Positions 9,767 through 20,368 of a stretch of DNA of 64,000 nt are shown piece after piece. How positions within the stretch are numbered: the stretch's first letter is position 1; the number at the start of each line of letters is the position of its first letter. A model generated the notes under the pieces. The model was not told where the DNA came from and did no database searches. It worked only from the letters and a program-made list of their open reading frames with translations. Origin of the DNA: Gammaproteobacteria bacterium. GTDB taxonomy: Bacteria; Pseudomonadota; Gammaproteobacteria; Steroidobacterales; Foliamicaceae. The stretch is taken from contig OZ243929.1 of assembly GCA_965213995.1 (NCBI GenBank), positions 385,807 to 449,806 on the forward strand, in the 5' to 3' direction. Position numbers and translations under genes: made by a program.

Positions 9767-10942
9767 CTAGGCAGCCCGTCCCAAGTCCCTGACCCTGAGA
9801 ATGCCCTCCATCTCCTTGAGCCGCTGAATGACCCTCTCGGGCGCCTGGTCGTTGAGATCCAGCATGGTATAGGCCAGTTGCCCCCGCGACATGTTCATCA
9901 TGTACTCGATATTAAGGTTCTCCTCCGCCAGCAGCGCCGATATATTGGCCACGATCCACGGAACGTTGGAATTGGCGATCGTCAGCCGGTAGCCGTCCCC
10001 GCGGGGCAGATCAATGACCGGAAAATTCACCGAGCCCCGCACGTTGCCGTCCTCTAGGTAGGCCCGCAGGTTCTCCGCGGCGATCACGGCGCAGTTGACT
10101 TCGGCCTCGGAAGTCGATGCGCCCAGATGGGGCAGCAGGATCGCCTTGGGATGGCGCACCAGCTCGGGCTCGGGAAAATCGCAGACATAGGCGGAAAGCC
10201 AGACCGAATCCAAGGCTTCGATCACGGCCTTGAGGTCCACAATGCCGCCGCGGGCGAAATTAAGCAGCACGCCGCCCTTGCGCATGCTGCGGATAAGGTC
10301 GCCGGACACTAGGTTGCGGGTGGCTTCCATGAGCGGCACATGGACGCTCACGAAATCGGCGCCGGCGAATACATGCTCCAGGCTTCGCCCCTTGCCGACC
10401 TGCGCCGAAAGCTCCCAAGCCCGGTCCAGCGACAGCGCGGGATCGTATCCGAACACCTTCATTCCCAAGGCGACCGTCGCGTTGGCCACCTTCACGCCCA
10501 CCGCGCCCAGCCCGACCACGCCCATGAACCGGCCCGACAGCTCCTGGCCGGCGAATTTCTTCTTCTGCGACTCGACGGCCTTGCGAAGCTGCTCAGGCGG
10601 AAGATCCAAAGCGCGCAAATGGTCCCATGCCGGAAGAATATTGCGCGCCGCCAGCAGCATGCCGGCCAGCACCACCTCCTTGACGGCGTTGGCGTTGGCG
10701 CCCGGCGCGTTGAGCACGGGGACGCCGCGCTCGGCCAAGGCATCCACCGGAATATTGTTGACGCCCGCGCCCGCCCGGGCCACCACCTGCACGCTTTGCG
10801 GAATCTCGACCGAATGCAGGTCGTGGGAGCGCAGCAGTATGCCGTCCGGCGCCTCATGGCCGGACGGCGCCGCATAGCGCTCGTCCGGCAGGCGCGCAAG
10901 GCCCTCGTTGGCGATATTGTTGTAGATTCGGATATTGAACAT
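9767..10942 (-). CDS. serA: D-3-phosphoglycerate dehydrogenase-type 2-hydroxyacid dehydrogenase with C-terminal ACT domain
   Basis: NAD fold GVVGLGAVGVKVA, catalytic-region HLGASTSEAE, and an ACT-like tail (YRLTIANSNVPWIVANISALLAEENLNIEYM). Adjacent to serC. Start chosen at MFNIRIYNN. Confidence 0.8.
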   Translation of the reverse strand: MFNIRIYNNIANEGLARLPDERYAAPSGHEAPDGILLRSHDLHSVEIPQSVQVVARAGAGVNNIPVDALAERGVPVLNAPGANANAVKEVVLAGMLLAARNILPAWDHLRALDLPPEQLRKAVESQKKKFAGQELSGRFMGVVGLGAVGVKVANATVALGMKVFGYDPALSLDRAWELSAQVGKGRSLEHVFAGADFVSVHVPLMEATRNLVSGDLIRSMRKGGVLLNFARGGIVDLKAVIEALDSVWLSAYVCDFPEPELVRHPKAILLPHLGASTSEAEVNCAVIAAENLRAYLEDGNVRGSVNFPVIDLPRGDGYRLTIANSNVPWIVANISALLAEENLNIEYMMNMSRGQLAYTMLDLNDQAPERVIQRLKEMEGILRVRDLGRAA

Positions 10943-11027
10943 GTTGGTCTTCCGGGCCTGAGCGACGATTTGCATCGGAACGACCGCCTTCCGCCTTGGC
11001 GTCCGGCGACCGTTCGCGTCAATAGAA

Positions 11028-12107
11028 TCAAGCTTTGCGCTCGAACTCCTCCATGAAACCCATCAGCGCCCGCACGCCCGCTTCAGGCATGGCATTGTAG
11101 ATCGAGGCGCGCATCCCGCCCACCGCGCGATGGCCCTTCAGCCCGTAGAGCCCTTGCTCCTCGGCCGTTTCAAGAAACCGCGCGTCAAGCGCCGGGTCTG
11201 CCAGCGTGAACGGCACATTCATCCATGAACGCCAGTTGGGATCCACCAGGTTGGCGTAAAAGTCCGAACCGTCGATATGGTCGTAGAGGAGATCGGCCTT
11301 GCGCCGGTTGCGCTCGGCCATGCCGGCGAGCCCGCCTTGGTCGGCCACCCACCGGAGCACGAGCGACGCCACGTACCAAGGGAAGGTGGCGGGCGTATTC
11401 AGCATGGAGCCGGCGGCGGCGATGCGGCGATAGTTCAACGCCAGCGGCGTGCTCTCCGGAACCCGCTCGATCAGCTCCGGGCTAATAATCACCACGGTCA
11501 CGCCGGCCGGCCCGATATTCTTCTGGGCGCAGGCGTAGATCAGGCCGAAGCGCTCCACCGGGATCGGCCGCGAAAGCAGCGTGGAGGACATATCGCACAC
11601 CAGCGGCGCGTAGTCCATATCCGGCGGCGGATCGATTTCCAGCCCATGAAGGGTTTCATTAGCGGTGTAGTGCAAATAGGCCGCATCCGCCCCGGCGTCC
11701 CACTCCTCCAAGGCCGGAACCGACCGGTAGCCGAGCGCCTCGCCGTCGGCAACCACGCGCATCGGGCGCAGCTTGGCAGCCTCGGACGCGGCCTTCTTGC
11801 CCCAATGGCCGGTGATCAGGTAATCGACGCTTTGCCCCGGCTGGGCCAGCGTCATGGGGACGGTGGCAAATTGCAGGGTGGCGCCGCCCTGCATGAAAAG
11901 CACGGCGTAATCGTCGGGAATTGAAAGCAAGGCGCGCAAATCCCTCTCGGAGCGCTCGGCCAGCTCCGCGAAGGCGCGGCCCCGGTGGCTGTCCTCCATC
12001 ACCGAAAGCCCGCGGCCCTGCCAGTCCAGCAGCTCGTCGCGCGCCTGCTCGAGCACCGGCAACGGCAGGTTCGCCGGTCCGGCGCTGAAGTTATAAACGC
12101 GCGGCAT
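11028..12107 (-). CDS. serC: Phosphoserine aminotransferase
   Basis: 359 aa: [29 protein letters not shown]..., with typical SerC N-terminus and length. The start overlaps the gyrA stop by 1 nt. Confidence 0.9.
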   Translation of the reverse strand: MPRVYNFSAGPANLPLPVLEQARDELLDWQGRGLSVMEDSHRGRAFAELAERSERDLRALLSIPDDYAVLFMQGGATLQFATVPMTLAQPGQSVDYLITGHWGKKAASEAAKLRPMRVVADGEALGYRSVPALEEWDAGADAAYLHYTANETLHGLEIDPPPDMDYAPLVCDMSSTLLSRPIPVERFGLIYACAQKNIGPAGVTVVIISPELIERVPESTPLALNYRRIAAAGSMLNTPATFPWYVASLVLRWVADQGGLAGMAERNRRKADLLYDHIDGSDFYANLVDPNWRSWMNVPFTLADPALDARFLETAEEQGLYGLKGHRAVGGMRASIYNAMPEAGVRALMGFMEEFERKA

Positions 12108-14671
12108 TAGGATTCCTCGTCGTTATCGCCGCCGCTCTCTTCCTGGCCGTCCGCCAAGGTGCAGAACACGGCCACGCGGTCGCCCTTGTCCGGCCGCATC
12201 AAGCGCACGCCATGCGAGTAGCGGCCTTGGATGGACACATCGCCAATCGCCGTTCGGATCAGCGTGCCGCCAGCTGTCATCAGCATGGCCTCATCGCCGT
12301 CGCGAACCAGCGCGGCGCCGATCAGCTTGCCGTTGCGCCCCTCGGTGCGAATAGAGATCACGCCTTGGCCGGCCCTGCCTTTTCGCGGAAATTCCGCCAC
12401 CGGCGTGCGCTTGCCAAAACCCTTGGTGGTTGCCTGAAGCACCCAAACGCCTTCGTCCGCGGCATCGTCCGCGCTGACGATCAGCGCCGCGACCACCGCT
12501 TGCTTTTTCTTTTGCAAGCGCTGGCCGATCACCCCGGCGGCGGTGCGCCCCATGGGCCGCACGGCCGTTTCCGGGAAACGCGCCGCACGGCCGTTGCTGG
12601 CCACAAGGATCACGTCGCTGCGGCCATCAGTGATCGCGGCCTCCACCAGCCGGTCCTCGTCCTTGAGGCTCAGCGCGTAGATTCCCGTGCGGCGGATGCT
12701 GGCGAAGGCATCCAGCCGGGTCTTCTTGACCCGCCCGCGGCTCGTGGCCATAAACACGAAACGCCCGGAGTCGAAGGATTCCACCGGCAGCACCGAATTG
12801 ACCCGCTCGCCCTCCTCCAAGCCGGGCAGCAGGTTGGCGATGGGCAAGCCGCGCGTTTCGCGGCTCTGGGTGGGAATCTCGAAGGGCCTGATTTGATAGA
12901 CCCGCGCCCGGTCGGTAAAGCACAGCAGGGTGGAATGCGAATTCGTGACCAGCAGCTGGTCGATGAAATCCTCCTCTCCCACCGAGGCGCCCCGCTTGCC
13001 CCTGCCGCCCCGCCCTTGGGTGCGGAAAGCATCCAGCTCCTGGGTCTTCACATAGCCGCGCCAAGACAGCGTAACCAGCAGGTCGCGGCGCGGAATGAGG
13101 TCCTCGTCGGCCACCCGGCTGTAATCGGCAATGATCTCGGTTCGGCGCTCGTCGCCGAACTCCTCGCGCAATTCGGCCAATTCGCCGCGCACCACCTCCA
13201 GCAGCCGGTCCGGATCGCGCAGAATTTCCGCCAGCTCCCGCATCCTTGCGAGCAGGTCGCCGTATTCCTTCAGAATGGCATGCTGCTCCAGCCCGGTCAG
13301 GCGTTGCAGGCGCAGCTCCAGAATGGCCCGCGCTTGGCGGTCCGAAAGCCGGTAGCCCCGTTCGCCGAGGTTCGGCAGCTCCTTGGGCGCGCCTTCGGTG
13401 CGCTCCAAAAGCCCGCGCACCGCGCCCGGGGCCCAGATCCTGCCGGTGAGCGCCTCGCGCGCCTCGGCGGCGTTGCCCGAAGCCTTGATCAGCGCCACCA
13501 CCTCGTCGATATTGGCCAGCGCCACCGTCAACCCCTCCAGAACATGGGCGCGCGCCTTGGCCTGGCGCAGATCGTGAACGCTGCGGCGGGTCACCACGTC
13601 GCGGCGGTGATCAAGGAAATGCCCCAGCAGCTCCTTGAGATTGAGCAACTGCGGGCGCCCGCCGCACAGCGCCACCATGTTGATACCGAAGCTCGATTCC
13701 AGCGGCGTGCGGCGGTAGAGATTGTTGAGCACGATTTCGGCGCTGGCATCGCGGCGCAGCTCCACCACCACGCGCAGCCCGTCCTTATCGGACTCGTCGC
13801 GCACTTCGTGGATTCCGGCAATGACCTTCTTGCGCGCCAGCTCCGCGATCTTCTCCACGCAGCGCGCCTTGTTGACGCGGTAGGGAAGCTCGGATACAAC
13901 AATGGCGCCGCGGGAAGCGCCCTGTTCGATTTCGGCCCGCGCCCTTAGCAGGATCGTTCCGCGTCCGGTGCGGTAGGCCGATGCCGCGCCCGAATCGTCC
14001 ACGATTTGCGCGGCGGTGGGAAAATCGGGCCCGGGCAGGATCTCCATCAGTTCCGCGATGCCGATTTCCGGGTCGCGGCTCAAAGCCAGGGCCGCGTCGA
14101 TCACTTCCCGAAGATTATGCGGCGGGATATTCGTGGCCATGCCCACGGCGATGCCCGAGGCGCCGTTCACGAGCAGATTGGGGAGCCGCGCCGGCAGCAC
14201 CGTGGGCTCCTGCTCGGCGCCATCGTAGTTCTCGACGAAATCCACGGTCTCGCGGTCGATATCGGCAAGCATGGGAGCGGCGATGGGCGCCATGCGGATC
14301 TCGGTGTAGCGCATGGCGGCCGGCGCGTCGCCGTCCATGGAGCCGAAATTGCCCTGGCCGTCCACCAGCGGATAGCGCAGCGAGAAATCCTGCGCCATGC
14401 GAACGATGGCATCGTACACCGCCGTGTCGCCGTGCGGATGGAAGCGGCCGATCACGTCGCCCACGATGCGCGCCGATTTCTTGTACGGGCGGTCGTGCAG
14501 GTTCCCCAGCTCCCGCATGGCGTGAAGAATGCGCCGGTGAACGGGCTTGAGGCCGTCGCGGACATCGGGGAGGGCGCGCCCCACGATGACGGACATCGCG
14601 TAGTCCAAGTAGGACCGGCGCATCTCCTCTTCGAGCTTTACCGGTACGATTTCAGGGGCAGACCCGGCCAT
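12107..14671 (-). CDS. gyrA: DNA gyrase subunit A
   Basis: 854 aa. [32 protein letters not shown]...[10 protein letters not shown] (active-site Tyr region) and C-terminal beta-pinwheel repeats. Confidence 0.95.
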   Translation of the reverse strand: MAGSAPEIVPVKLEEEMRRSYLDYAMSVIVGRALPDVRDGLKPVHRRILHAMRELGNLHDRPYKKSARIVGDVIGRFHPHGDTAVYDAIVRMAQDFSLRYPLVDGQGNFGSMDGDAPAAMRYTEIRMAPIAAPMLADIDRETVDFVENYDGAEQEPTVLPARLPNLLVNGASGIAVGMATNIPPHNLREVIDAALALSRDPEIGIAELMEILPGPDFPTAAQIVDDSGAASAYRTGRGTILLRARAEIEQGASRGAIVVSELPYRVNKARCVEKIAELARKKVIAGIHEVRDESDKDGLRVVVELRRDASAEIVLNNLYRRTPLESSFGINMVALCGGRPQLLNLKELLGHFLDHRRDVVTRRSVHDLRQAKARAHVLEGLTVALANIDEVVALIKASGNAAEAREALTGRIWAPGAVRGLLERTEGAPKELPNLGERGYRLSDRQARAILELRLQRLTGLEQHAILKEYGDLLARMRELAEILRDPDRLLEVVRGELAELREEFGDERRTEIIADYSRVADEDLIPRRDLLVTLSWRGYVKTQELDAFRTQGRGGRGKRGASVGEEDFIDQLLVTNSHSTLLCFTDRARVYQIRPFEIPTQSRETRGLPIANLLPGLEEGERVNSVLPVESFDSGRFVFMATSRGRVKKTRLDAFASIRRTGIYALSLKDEDRLVEAAITDGRSDVILVASNGRAARFPETAVRPMGRTAAGVIGQRLQKKKQAVVAALIVSADDAADEGVWVLQATTKGFGKRTPVAEFPRKGRAGQGVISIRTEGRNGKLIGAALVRDGDEAMLMTAGGTLIRTAIGDVSIQGRYSHGVRLMRPDKGDRVAVFCTLADGQEESGGDNDEES

Positions 14672-14675
14672 TCAC

Positions 14676-14701
14676 AAAAAGCGCCGCAGGGAATGCGGCG
14701 C
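14676..14701 (-). promoter_or_regulatory. Terminator-like stem-loop plus U5 directly upstream of the gyrA start codon (possible leader or insulator structure)
   Basis: On the minus-strand transcript: GCGCCGCA-ttccc-TGCGGCGC (14701-14681), then TTTTT (14680-14676), GTGA, then ATG (14671). No obvious Shine-Dalgarno sequence between hairpin and ATG. Confidence 0.35.
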
Positions 14702-14902
14702 CAAGCATTAAAACGCTGGCATTCTACCACCAGACCATGTTTGCAACCCCGCTTCCGATCGTTCAGCCTTCGCCGCAGCGCCTCTCAAAACCTCCCGTCT
14801 CGACCGTCTGGCTCAATCCGCAGCGGGCAGCGGCGCACGGGTGTATAGTGCCGAAAGACGAGGCAGGCAGCACTAGGTCATGCCCCGGCAAAGCAAAACC
14901 GA

Positions 14903-17900
14903 TTGAGGAAGCGAGACATGCAAAAATCAGCAGGAATAATTCGCACAACCGCGAAGGGCCTCTTATGCTTGGCGATTGGAACCGGCTTAGCGCTGGGTCT
15001 GAACGTCGCTTGGGCGCAGGAGGAAACCGGCGGCGGCGCGGAAGAGGACGTGCTCGAGCTGCCTGCCGTGCGCGTGACCGGCAGCCGCCTCAACCGCCCG
15101 CCCTCGGAGTTGTCCGGCAACCTCATCATTCTCGACCGGGAGGATATCCGCGCATCCGGCGAACTCACGCTGGCCCGCGTTCTGCGGCAACTCCCGCAGA
15201 ATATTAACGGCACCACGGAAACCTTCGGCTCCCAGCTCAACGGCACGACCAATATTATCGGCGCCTCCACGGTTAACTTGCGCGGGCTGGGCAGCGAATA
15301 CACCTTGATATTGGTGGACGGGCGCCGCATCGGGCATAGCGGGGTCACCGGGGGAGTCAGCGATATATCGACGATTCCATTGGCCATGGTCGAGCGGATT
15401 GAAGTTCTCTTGGACGGCGCGTCCGCCATCTACGGGTCTGATGCCGTGGGAGGGGTCGTGAACGTGATTACGCGCAAGGACTACACCGGCGTTGATCTGG
15501 ATGTGAATTACTCGCGTCCCCATAAAAGCGGATTCGAGGAAACGCGAATCGGCGTTTCCACCGGTCTGGCTTGGAATGGCGGGCGGGCGAATATCGGCTA
15601 CGAATACTTCCGTGATTCCGGCTTGGACGCCTCTACGCGGGATTCGATCATCAACGCCAACCGCGACGACACCGGCGATCAGCAACGGGGGCAGCCCGGC
15701 CCGCAGGTGCGGCTATACAGCTATTTCTTCGACCGTTCATGCGACGCAGCCAAGGCCATCGTGTACGAACTCAACGGCGATATCCTCACTCGGGACGAGT
15801 TCGCCGCGCTGAATCCGGAAGCGCAGGCTATGGCGACCTGCCACTCGGATATTACCGTGCCGGCGGGCTTCATGCCCGGCGACGATCTCAACGGCATCGA
15901 AATCTTCGGCGCTCCAATGTGGGGAGAGGATACGGAGCTGGGCTATAGCCTGCGACCGGACAAGGAGCAAAACGCATTCAGCGCAGGGGTGGACCAGGCC
16001 ATCTCCGATGCCATCAATATTCATGCCAATCTGCGCTGGACAAGGGACGAGACGACCAGCTACCGAGGGCTTAACTCGTTCAATGGCTCGCTGCATCCGA
16101 ACAGCCCCTACAACCCCTTCGGCGTGCGCGTAACGGCGTTCGGACAGATCCTTGGCCCGCCGCCAAAGAACTTCGCATCTGAGCGCGACACTTTATTCAC
16201 CAGCCTAGGTTTTGACGGTCGGTTCAGCGAAATATGGTCTTGGGATGTGGAATTCAGTCGTGTTGCGAACGATTTGGCCTCCAATCAAGCCAGCGTGCTC
16301 GATGCCGATTCAGTGCGTGTCGGGATGAACAGCGATGGGGTCAGCGAAGCGTCAATTGGGCGGTTCAGTGGAATTGACGAGGCCGCATGCGCGGCCAAGC
16401 AAATGGAGCTTGGCGGAACCAGGTACAACTACTCTTCATTTTTTGGAGGCAATTGCACCGTATTCGGCCCCCCCCCCACGCCGATTAATCCATTTGGCGA
16501 CCTCTCTTCATACATCGCCGCAGGGCTTGGTTCCGGCTCGGAGAACAGGGAAACCCAGTTTGAAGCCTTGGTGCGCGGCGAATTGTTCTCGGCGCCTGGA
16601 GGGCCTGTCGCAGTGGTCGCTGGCTACGACTACCGCGAAGACGAATTGGACACTTTCTCCGAGTTCCATGCCGCCGTCGGGCGGTGCAGCCCCTTGATTT
16701 GCCCGAGCGGCAATCCGGCGGGCGCGCAGGCATTCAACACCTCGATCAGCCGCACCATTCAAGCGGGATTTTTCGAAGGCGCAGTTCCTCTGATCGGCGC
16801 GGGCAACGCCATGAACGGCGTGCAGCGCCTCAACCTGACGTTTTCCGGGCGCTATGACTCGTATTCGAATGTTGAAGTGCAATACCGGAATTCGGAATCC
16901 GGAGAGGCAGGAACCGACAACCCCCAGGACCCGGGAAGCGAATTCACCTACAGCGTCGGATTTCTGTATCAGATGAACGATAGCGTTCGTTTTAGAGGGC
17001 GGCAAGCCACATCCTTTATCGCCCCGCAAATGAACCATTTAATCCAGCGCACTCAGGACAGGGCCCCGGACAGCAGTTTCGCCCAGTTGTGCTTGCTCGA
17101 CCCGGACGGCAGCGGCTGCACATTTACGCGCGGCTCCACGTATTCGATCGCCGGGGCCAATGACAAGCTCGTTCCGGAAACAGCGGACAGCCTCAGCCTG
17201 ATTGCGGAAATTTCTCCCGCTTTCCTGCCAGGGGTCTCGCTGCGCGCGGCTTGGAGCGACACCGAGTACGAAAACCGGATACTTCAGCTATCGGGATCGC
17301 GCTTCAATATCGATCCCGACAACCTTCCCGGCTACATTATCTACCTGCCCGAAGAGGACATCTATCTGGTTGAAACCCGCTTCATCAATGTGGCCCAGCT
17401 CCAGCGGACCGGCGTGGACTACGAGCTGCGCTACGACTGGGAAATGGGAGCGAACGATTTTTCAATCCTGGTTCGCCGGTCGTACACCAACCGCTTCGAC
17501 ATTCAATTGGATCCGGCAGTTCCGTCGGTTCAAAACCTAGTCGAGACCCGGGATGACTCCGGGCCTCAGGATGCCCGGGTGGTTGAGCCGGTTTCCCGGC
17601 ATAAGACCAATGCGCAGCTCACTTGGAGCAACGGGGGGCTGTTCGCGAGCATCGACTTGGAGGGCGCATCAAGAGTTTCCACCCTTGTTTCCACGACCTC
17701 CGAGAGGGTCACAGAACCGGCGACGAGCTACGATTTGGTAATCGGCTACCAGTTTGGCCAAGACGACTTGTTCGACGCTCCCGCTTGGCTGCGTGGATGG
17801 CAGACGAACCTCACAATCAATAATCTTACGAACGCAGCCTCCCGCAATTACACCCTGAATCCCGAAACGGGCGATAGGGATATCTACAGCATCAACCCTT

Positions 17901-17956
17901 TCTGGGAGTGGAACCACGGACGATCCTATATTCTGAATGTTCGCAAGTCGTTCTGA
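14903..17956 (+). CDS. TonB-dependent outer-membrane receptor (large, 1017 aa)
   Basis: Signal peptide, plug region (LPAVRVTGSRL...IILDREDIRASGELTLARVLRQLP, VDGRRIG, IERIEVLLDGASAIYGSDAVGGVVNVITR), and a C-terminal ...YILNVRKSF ending in Phe. Confidence 0.9.
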   Translation: MRKRDMQKSAGIIRTTAKGLLCLAIGTGLALGLNVAWAQEETGGGAEEDVLELPAVRVTGSRLNRPPSELSGNLIILDREDIRASGELTLARVLRQLPQNINGTTETFGSQLNGTTNIIGASTVNLRGLGSEYTLILVDGRRIGHSGVTGGVSDISTIPLAMVERIEVLLDGASAIYGSDAVGGVVNVITRKDYTGVDLDVNYSRPHKSGFEETRIGVSTGLAWNGGRANIGYEYFRDSGLDASTRDSIINANRDDTGDQQRGQPGPQVRLYSYFFDRSCDAAKAIVYELNGDILTRDEFAALNPEAQAMATCHSDITVPAGFMPGDDLNGIEIFGAPMWGEDTELGYSLRPDKEQNAFSAGVDQAISDAINIHANLRWTRDETTSYRGLNSFNGSLHPNSPYNPFGVRVTAFGQILGPPPKNFASERDTLFTSLGFDGRFSEIWSWDVEFSRVANDLASNQASVLDADSVRVGMNSDGVSEASIGRFSGIDEAACAAKQMELGGTRYNYSSFFGGNCTVFGPPPTPINPFGDLSSYIAAGLGSGSENRETQFEALVRGELFSAPGGPVAVVAGYDYREDELDTFSEFHAAVGRCSPLICPSGNPAGAQAFNTSISRTIQAGFFEGAVPLIGAGNAMNGVQRLNLTFSGRYDSYSNVEVQYRNSESGEAGTDNPQDPGSEFTYSVGFLYQMNDSVRFRGRQATSFIAPQMNHLIQRTQDRAPDSSFAQLCLLDPDGSGCTFTRGSTYSIAGANDKLVPETADSLSLIAEISPAFLPGVSLRAAWSDTEYENRILQLSGSRFNIDPDNLPGYIIYLPEEDIYLVETRFINVAQLQRTGVDYELRYDWEMGANDFSILVRRSYTNRFDIQLDPAVPSVQNLVETRDDSGPQDARVVEPVSRHKTNAQLTWSNGGLFASIDLEGASRVSTLVSTTSERVTEPATSYDLVIGYQFGQDDLFDAPAWLRGWQTNLTINNLTNAASRNYTLNPETGDRDIYSINPFWEWNHGRSYILNVRKSF

Positions 17957-18016
17957 GCATGAGGAAGCACTCCTCTCGCTGTTCTGCTGGCAGGGCGGCG
18001 CCGCAATGAAGTAGCC

Positions 18017-18742
18017 ATGCGAGGCAGCAGCACCACATCGCGGGCGTTGGCGGCCATGTTGCCTGCGCTGTTGATGCTGCCGGTCGCCTTCGGGGCAAAT
18101 ATAGGCCCCGATGGAACCATATGCCCGGATAACGATAAATGGGTTCCGCCGCACTACATGCCGGTGGGCGACGGAGGCGAGTTGGTCTGGACCGAGGGCG
18201 GATGCGCCCCGAAGGAGTACGAGATACCGGAGCAGCCATCAATCCCGAACATAACGGTTATCGGCCACCCAGTTCCGCGTATTCGCATCCGGATTTACTT
18301 GCCTCCGCCGCCCCCGTCCACCCCTGTTGTCCTGCCCCGGTATGTTGCGCCTCCTCCAACTGCTAAGCCGAAGAAGAAAAAAACGGAATCCACATTTAGG
18401 TTTGGCATCTGTTCTCGACCGCTTGGGCAGGGTTACAGCCAAGGCAGAACCGATGAGGAATGGGAAAAAATCCAGCAGGCCTTGAACAGGCATGATGACG
18501 TAACTTGGAGCCAACCCCAAAAAGTAGGAGGAGGCAGCGGATGGGGACCTTGGTCATGGGACGAGAGAAAGGCAGCAGGATTGCATCCCGCTTCAGGAAA
18601 TTGGGGTGCGTTGCTGGTCGCCCAAAACGTGCCCGGAGTCATCAAGACCCCCCGCCATCTTCCGCCCGAAAGTGCATGTCAAATCCGATCAATCTCGGCG
18701 ATGCAATACGCGAAAGCCGCGAGCAAGGTGACAGAAGCCTAG
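18017..18742 (+). CDS. Hypothetical secreted protein with Pro-rich linker. The frame continues for 28 more codons after an in-frame TAG (to 18826).
   Basis: Signal-like N-terminus (ALAAMLPALLMLPVAFGA) and a Pro-rich stretch (YLPPPPPSTPVVLPRYVAPPPTAKPKKKK). TAG at 18740-18742 is followed in frame by ANPPTYNLWSYNCQDWAAEIDSAIRSAE and a second TAG at 18827-18829. Confidence 0.5.
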   Translation: MRGSSTTSRALAAMLPALLMLPVAFGANIGPDGTICPDNDKWVPPHYMPVGDGGELVWTEGGCAPKEYEIPEQPSIPNITVIGHPVPRIRIRIYLPPPPPSTPVVLPRYVAPPPTAKPKKKKTESTFRFGICSRPLGQGYSQGRTDEEWEKIQQALNRHDDVTWSQPQKVGGGSGWGPWSWDERKAAGLHPASGNWGALLVAQNVPGVIKTPRHLPPESACQIRSISAMQYAKAASKVTEA

Positions 18743-18877
18743 GCAAATCCGCCAACTTACAACCTATGGAGCTACAACTGCCAAGACTGGGCCGCGGAAA
18801 TTGACAGTGCTATCCGATCAGCAGAATAGTTTTGCAAAATCCGATACCGGCTGGCTGAATGTTGGAGGCCAGACGCC

Positions 18878-20368
18878 GTGAGCAGGCGCGCAACCCTTGC
18901 CTTCGCGCTGCTGGTCGCGGTTGCCGCGACATTGGTGCTGCCGCGCCTTTTCCAATTGCGAGAAGAACCAGAAGCGGCAATCAAGGCTCCTGCTGGAAGC
19001 TTGGTGTTGGACGAAGCATCGTTTCGACCATGGATGTTCGAGGCCAAGATAGGGCCATCGTCCGTTGCGGCACCAGTTTCAGACGAGGCAGCACTGATGC
19101 CCGGGGAAGTGATCGACAATCCTGGGCCGGAGTGCGGCCTGCATGTTGGCAAGGGCACCGCCAGCGGCACAGCGGTTGTGGTGATGCCCCCGCGAGCAGG
19201 AGGGTATGGAAGTGGCGCCCGCTTCTCGGTTTTGGACGGATCCGGGACGCTTTTCTCAGACACGTTGCCTTTCTATCCCTTCCAAGTTCAGCATGGCAGA
19301 ACAGGCCTCGAAAACGTGGTTGCGGGATTTGGCGGCATCAATGTGCGGGTGCCTAACAGCGCAAGCCTGCCTTTGCAGGGCGAAGGACTGCCCTTTCGGA
19401 TTTACAGAAACGCTCAATTGATATACGAAAAAGAAGATATATGGCTGTTCGATGTGGCCAGCGACGGCTCTTCCTTTTTCTACGTAGAGCCTTTAGGCAG
19501 CGACTTCTCATCACGCTTGGTGGTCGTGAATCTAGATCAAGGCACGGAAGCGCACTATGACTTGGGCACAATCTTCGCGCACCCGGAACGAAGGCTTCGA
19601 TATGTCGCAGCGTACAAGGCAAATAACGAAGAGATACACCTAGAGCCGATTTCCCAGCGCTATTCCCGAGGCCTCGGCACGCATTACTTTTTCAACTCCG
19701 CAGGCGACTGGCCCGGGCGCAGCTTCCACGCGCCCAACATCGGGCGGGATGACTTTGTCCATTCCGTATCTTCAGAGGAAGTGTATGTTTTCAACGAGGG
19801 AGCGGACAGTTCAGGCCACCTTCAGATACGAAAGATGCGGCTTGACTGGAGCGATATCCGAATTGCGACGGAATGGCATGCACAAGGCGCCGCCAGCACA
19901 GGAGTGACTGGTGTGCATACATCCCATGATGGCGCGTGGCTGTTGTTTGGGACAAGCACGGCGAGCACAGCCGACCGCCCTGCGAGAGACGAGGATAGGG
20001 TGTTTTATTTATTGGATGCGGCAACCGGCGAGGCGCAATTTGTACTGCCCAAAGGCAATGCCGCCCTACAGCTTCAACAACTCTCCAGCGTTCTGCCAGC
20101 GCAGGCGACAGAGGAGGATGTGGGCTGGTTCAACGGCGCTTTTTTCAGCGGCGATGATATGATGGTGGTACGGCGAGCCCCCGCATCTGATGACACCCGG
20201 CGGTTCTACGACGTGTACGACCTGAGCACGGTTTCCCTTTACGGACAGCCTGAGTTCCGGCTAGAGGGCAACCAGCACAGCTTCAACCAATGCGCCTCGC
20301 AGGGATTTCCCGGAAGCCTTTTTGCCACCTCCCAAGGCGAACTGGCCTATGCTAGAAGGCTGCCGTAG
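18878..20368 (+). CDS. Hypothetical exported/membrane-anchored protein (496 aa), no family recognised
   Basis: GTG start, N-terminal hydrophobic anchor (ATLAFALLVAVAATLVLP), a long ORF in a lower-G+C patch with few competing ORFs; beta-rich composition. Confidence 0.55.
   Translation: MSRRATLAFALLVAVAATLVLPRLFQLREEPEAAIKAPAGSLVLDEASFRPWMFEAKIGPSSVAAPVSDEAALMPGEVIDNPGPECGLHVGKGTASGTAVVVMPPRAGGYGSGARFSVLDGSGTLFSDTLPFYPFQVQHGRTGLENVVAGFGGINVRVPNSASLPLQGEGLPFRIYRNAQLIYEKEDIWLFDVASDGSSFFYVEPLGSDFSSRLVVVNLDQGTEAHYDLGTIFAHPERRLRYVAAYKANNEEIHLEPISQRYSRGLGTHYFFNSAGDWPGRSFHAPNIGRDDFVHSVSSEEVYVFNEGADSSGHLQIRKMRLDWSDIRIATEWHAQGAASTGVTGVHTSHDGAWLLFGTSTASTADRPARDEDRVFYLLDAATGEAQFVLPKGNAALQLQQLSSVLPAQATEEDVGWFNGAFFSGDDMMVVRRAPASDDTRRFYDVYDLSTVSLYGQPEFRLEGNQHSFNQCASQGFPGSLFATSQGELAYARRLP

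Noticed and set aside
8605-9792. 395-aa plus-strand ORF
   Set aside because: Antisense shadow of aroA; no motifs, Ser/Arg/Pro-rich.
12212-13948. 578-aa plus-strand ORF
   Set aside because: It lies entirely antisense to gyrA, has a low-complexity Arg/Ala/Gly/His-rich translation, and is a typical stop-poor reverse frame of G+C-rich DNA.
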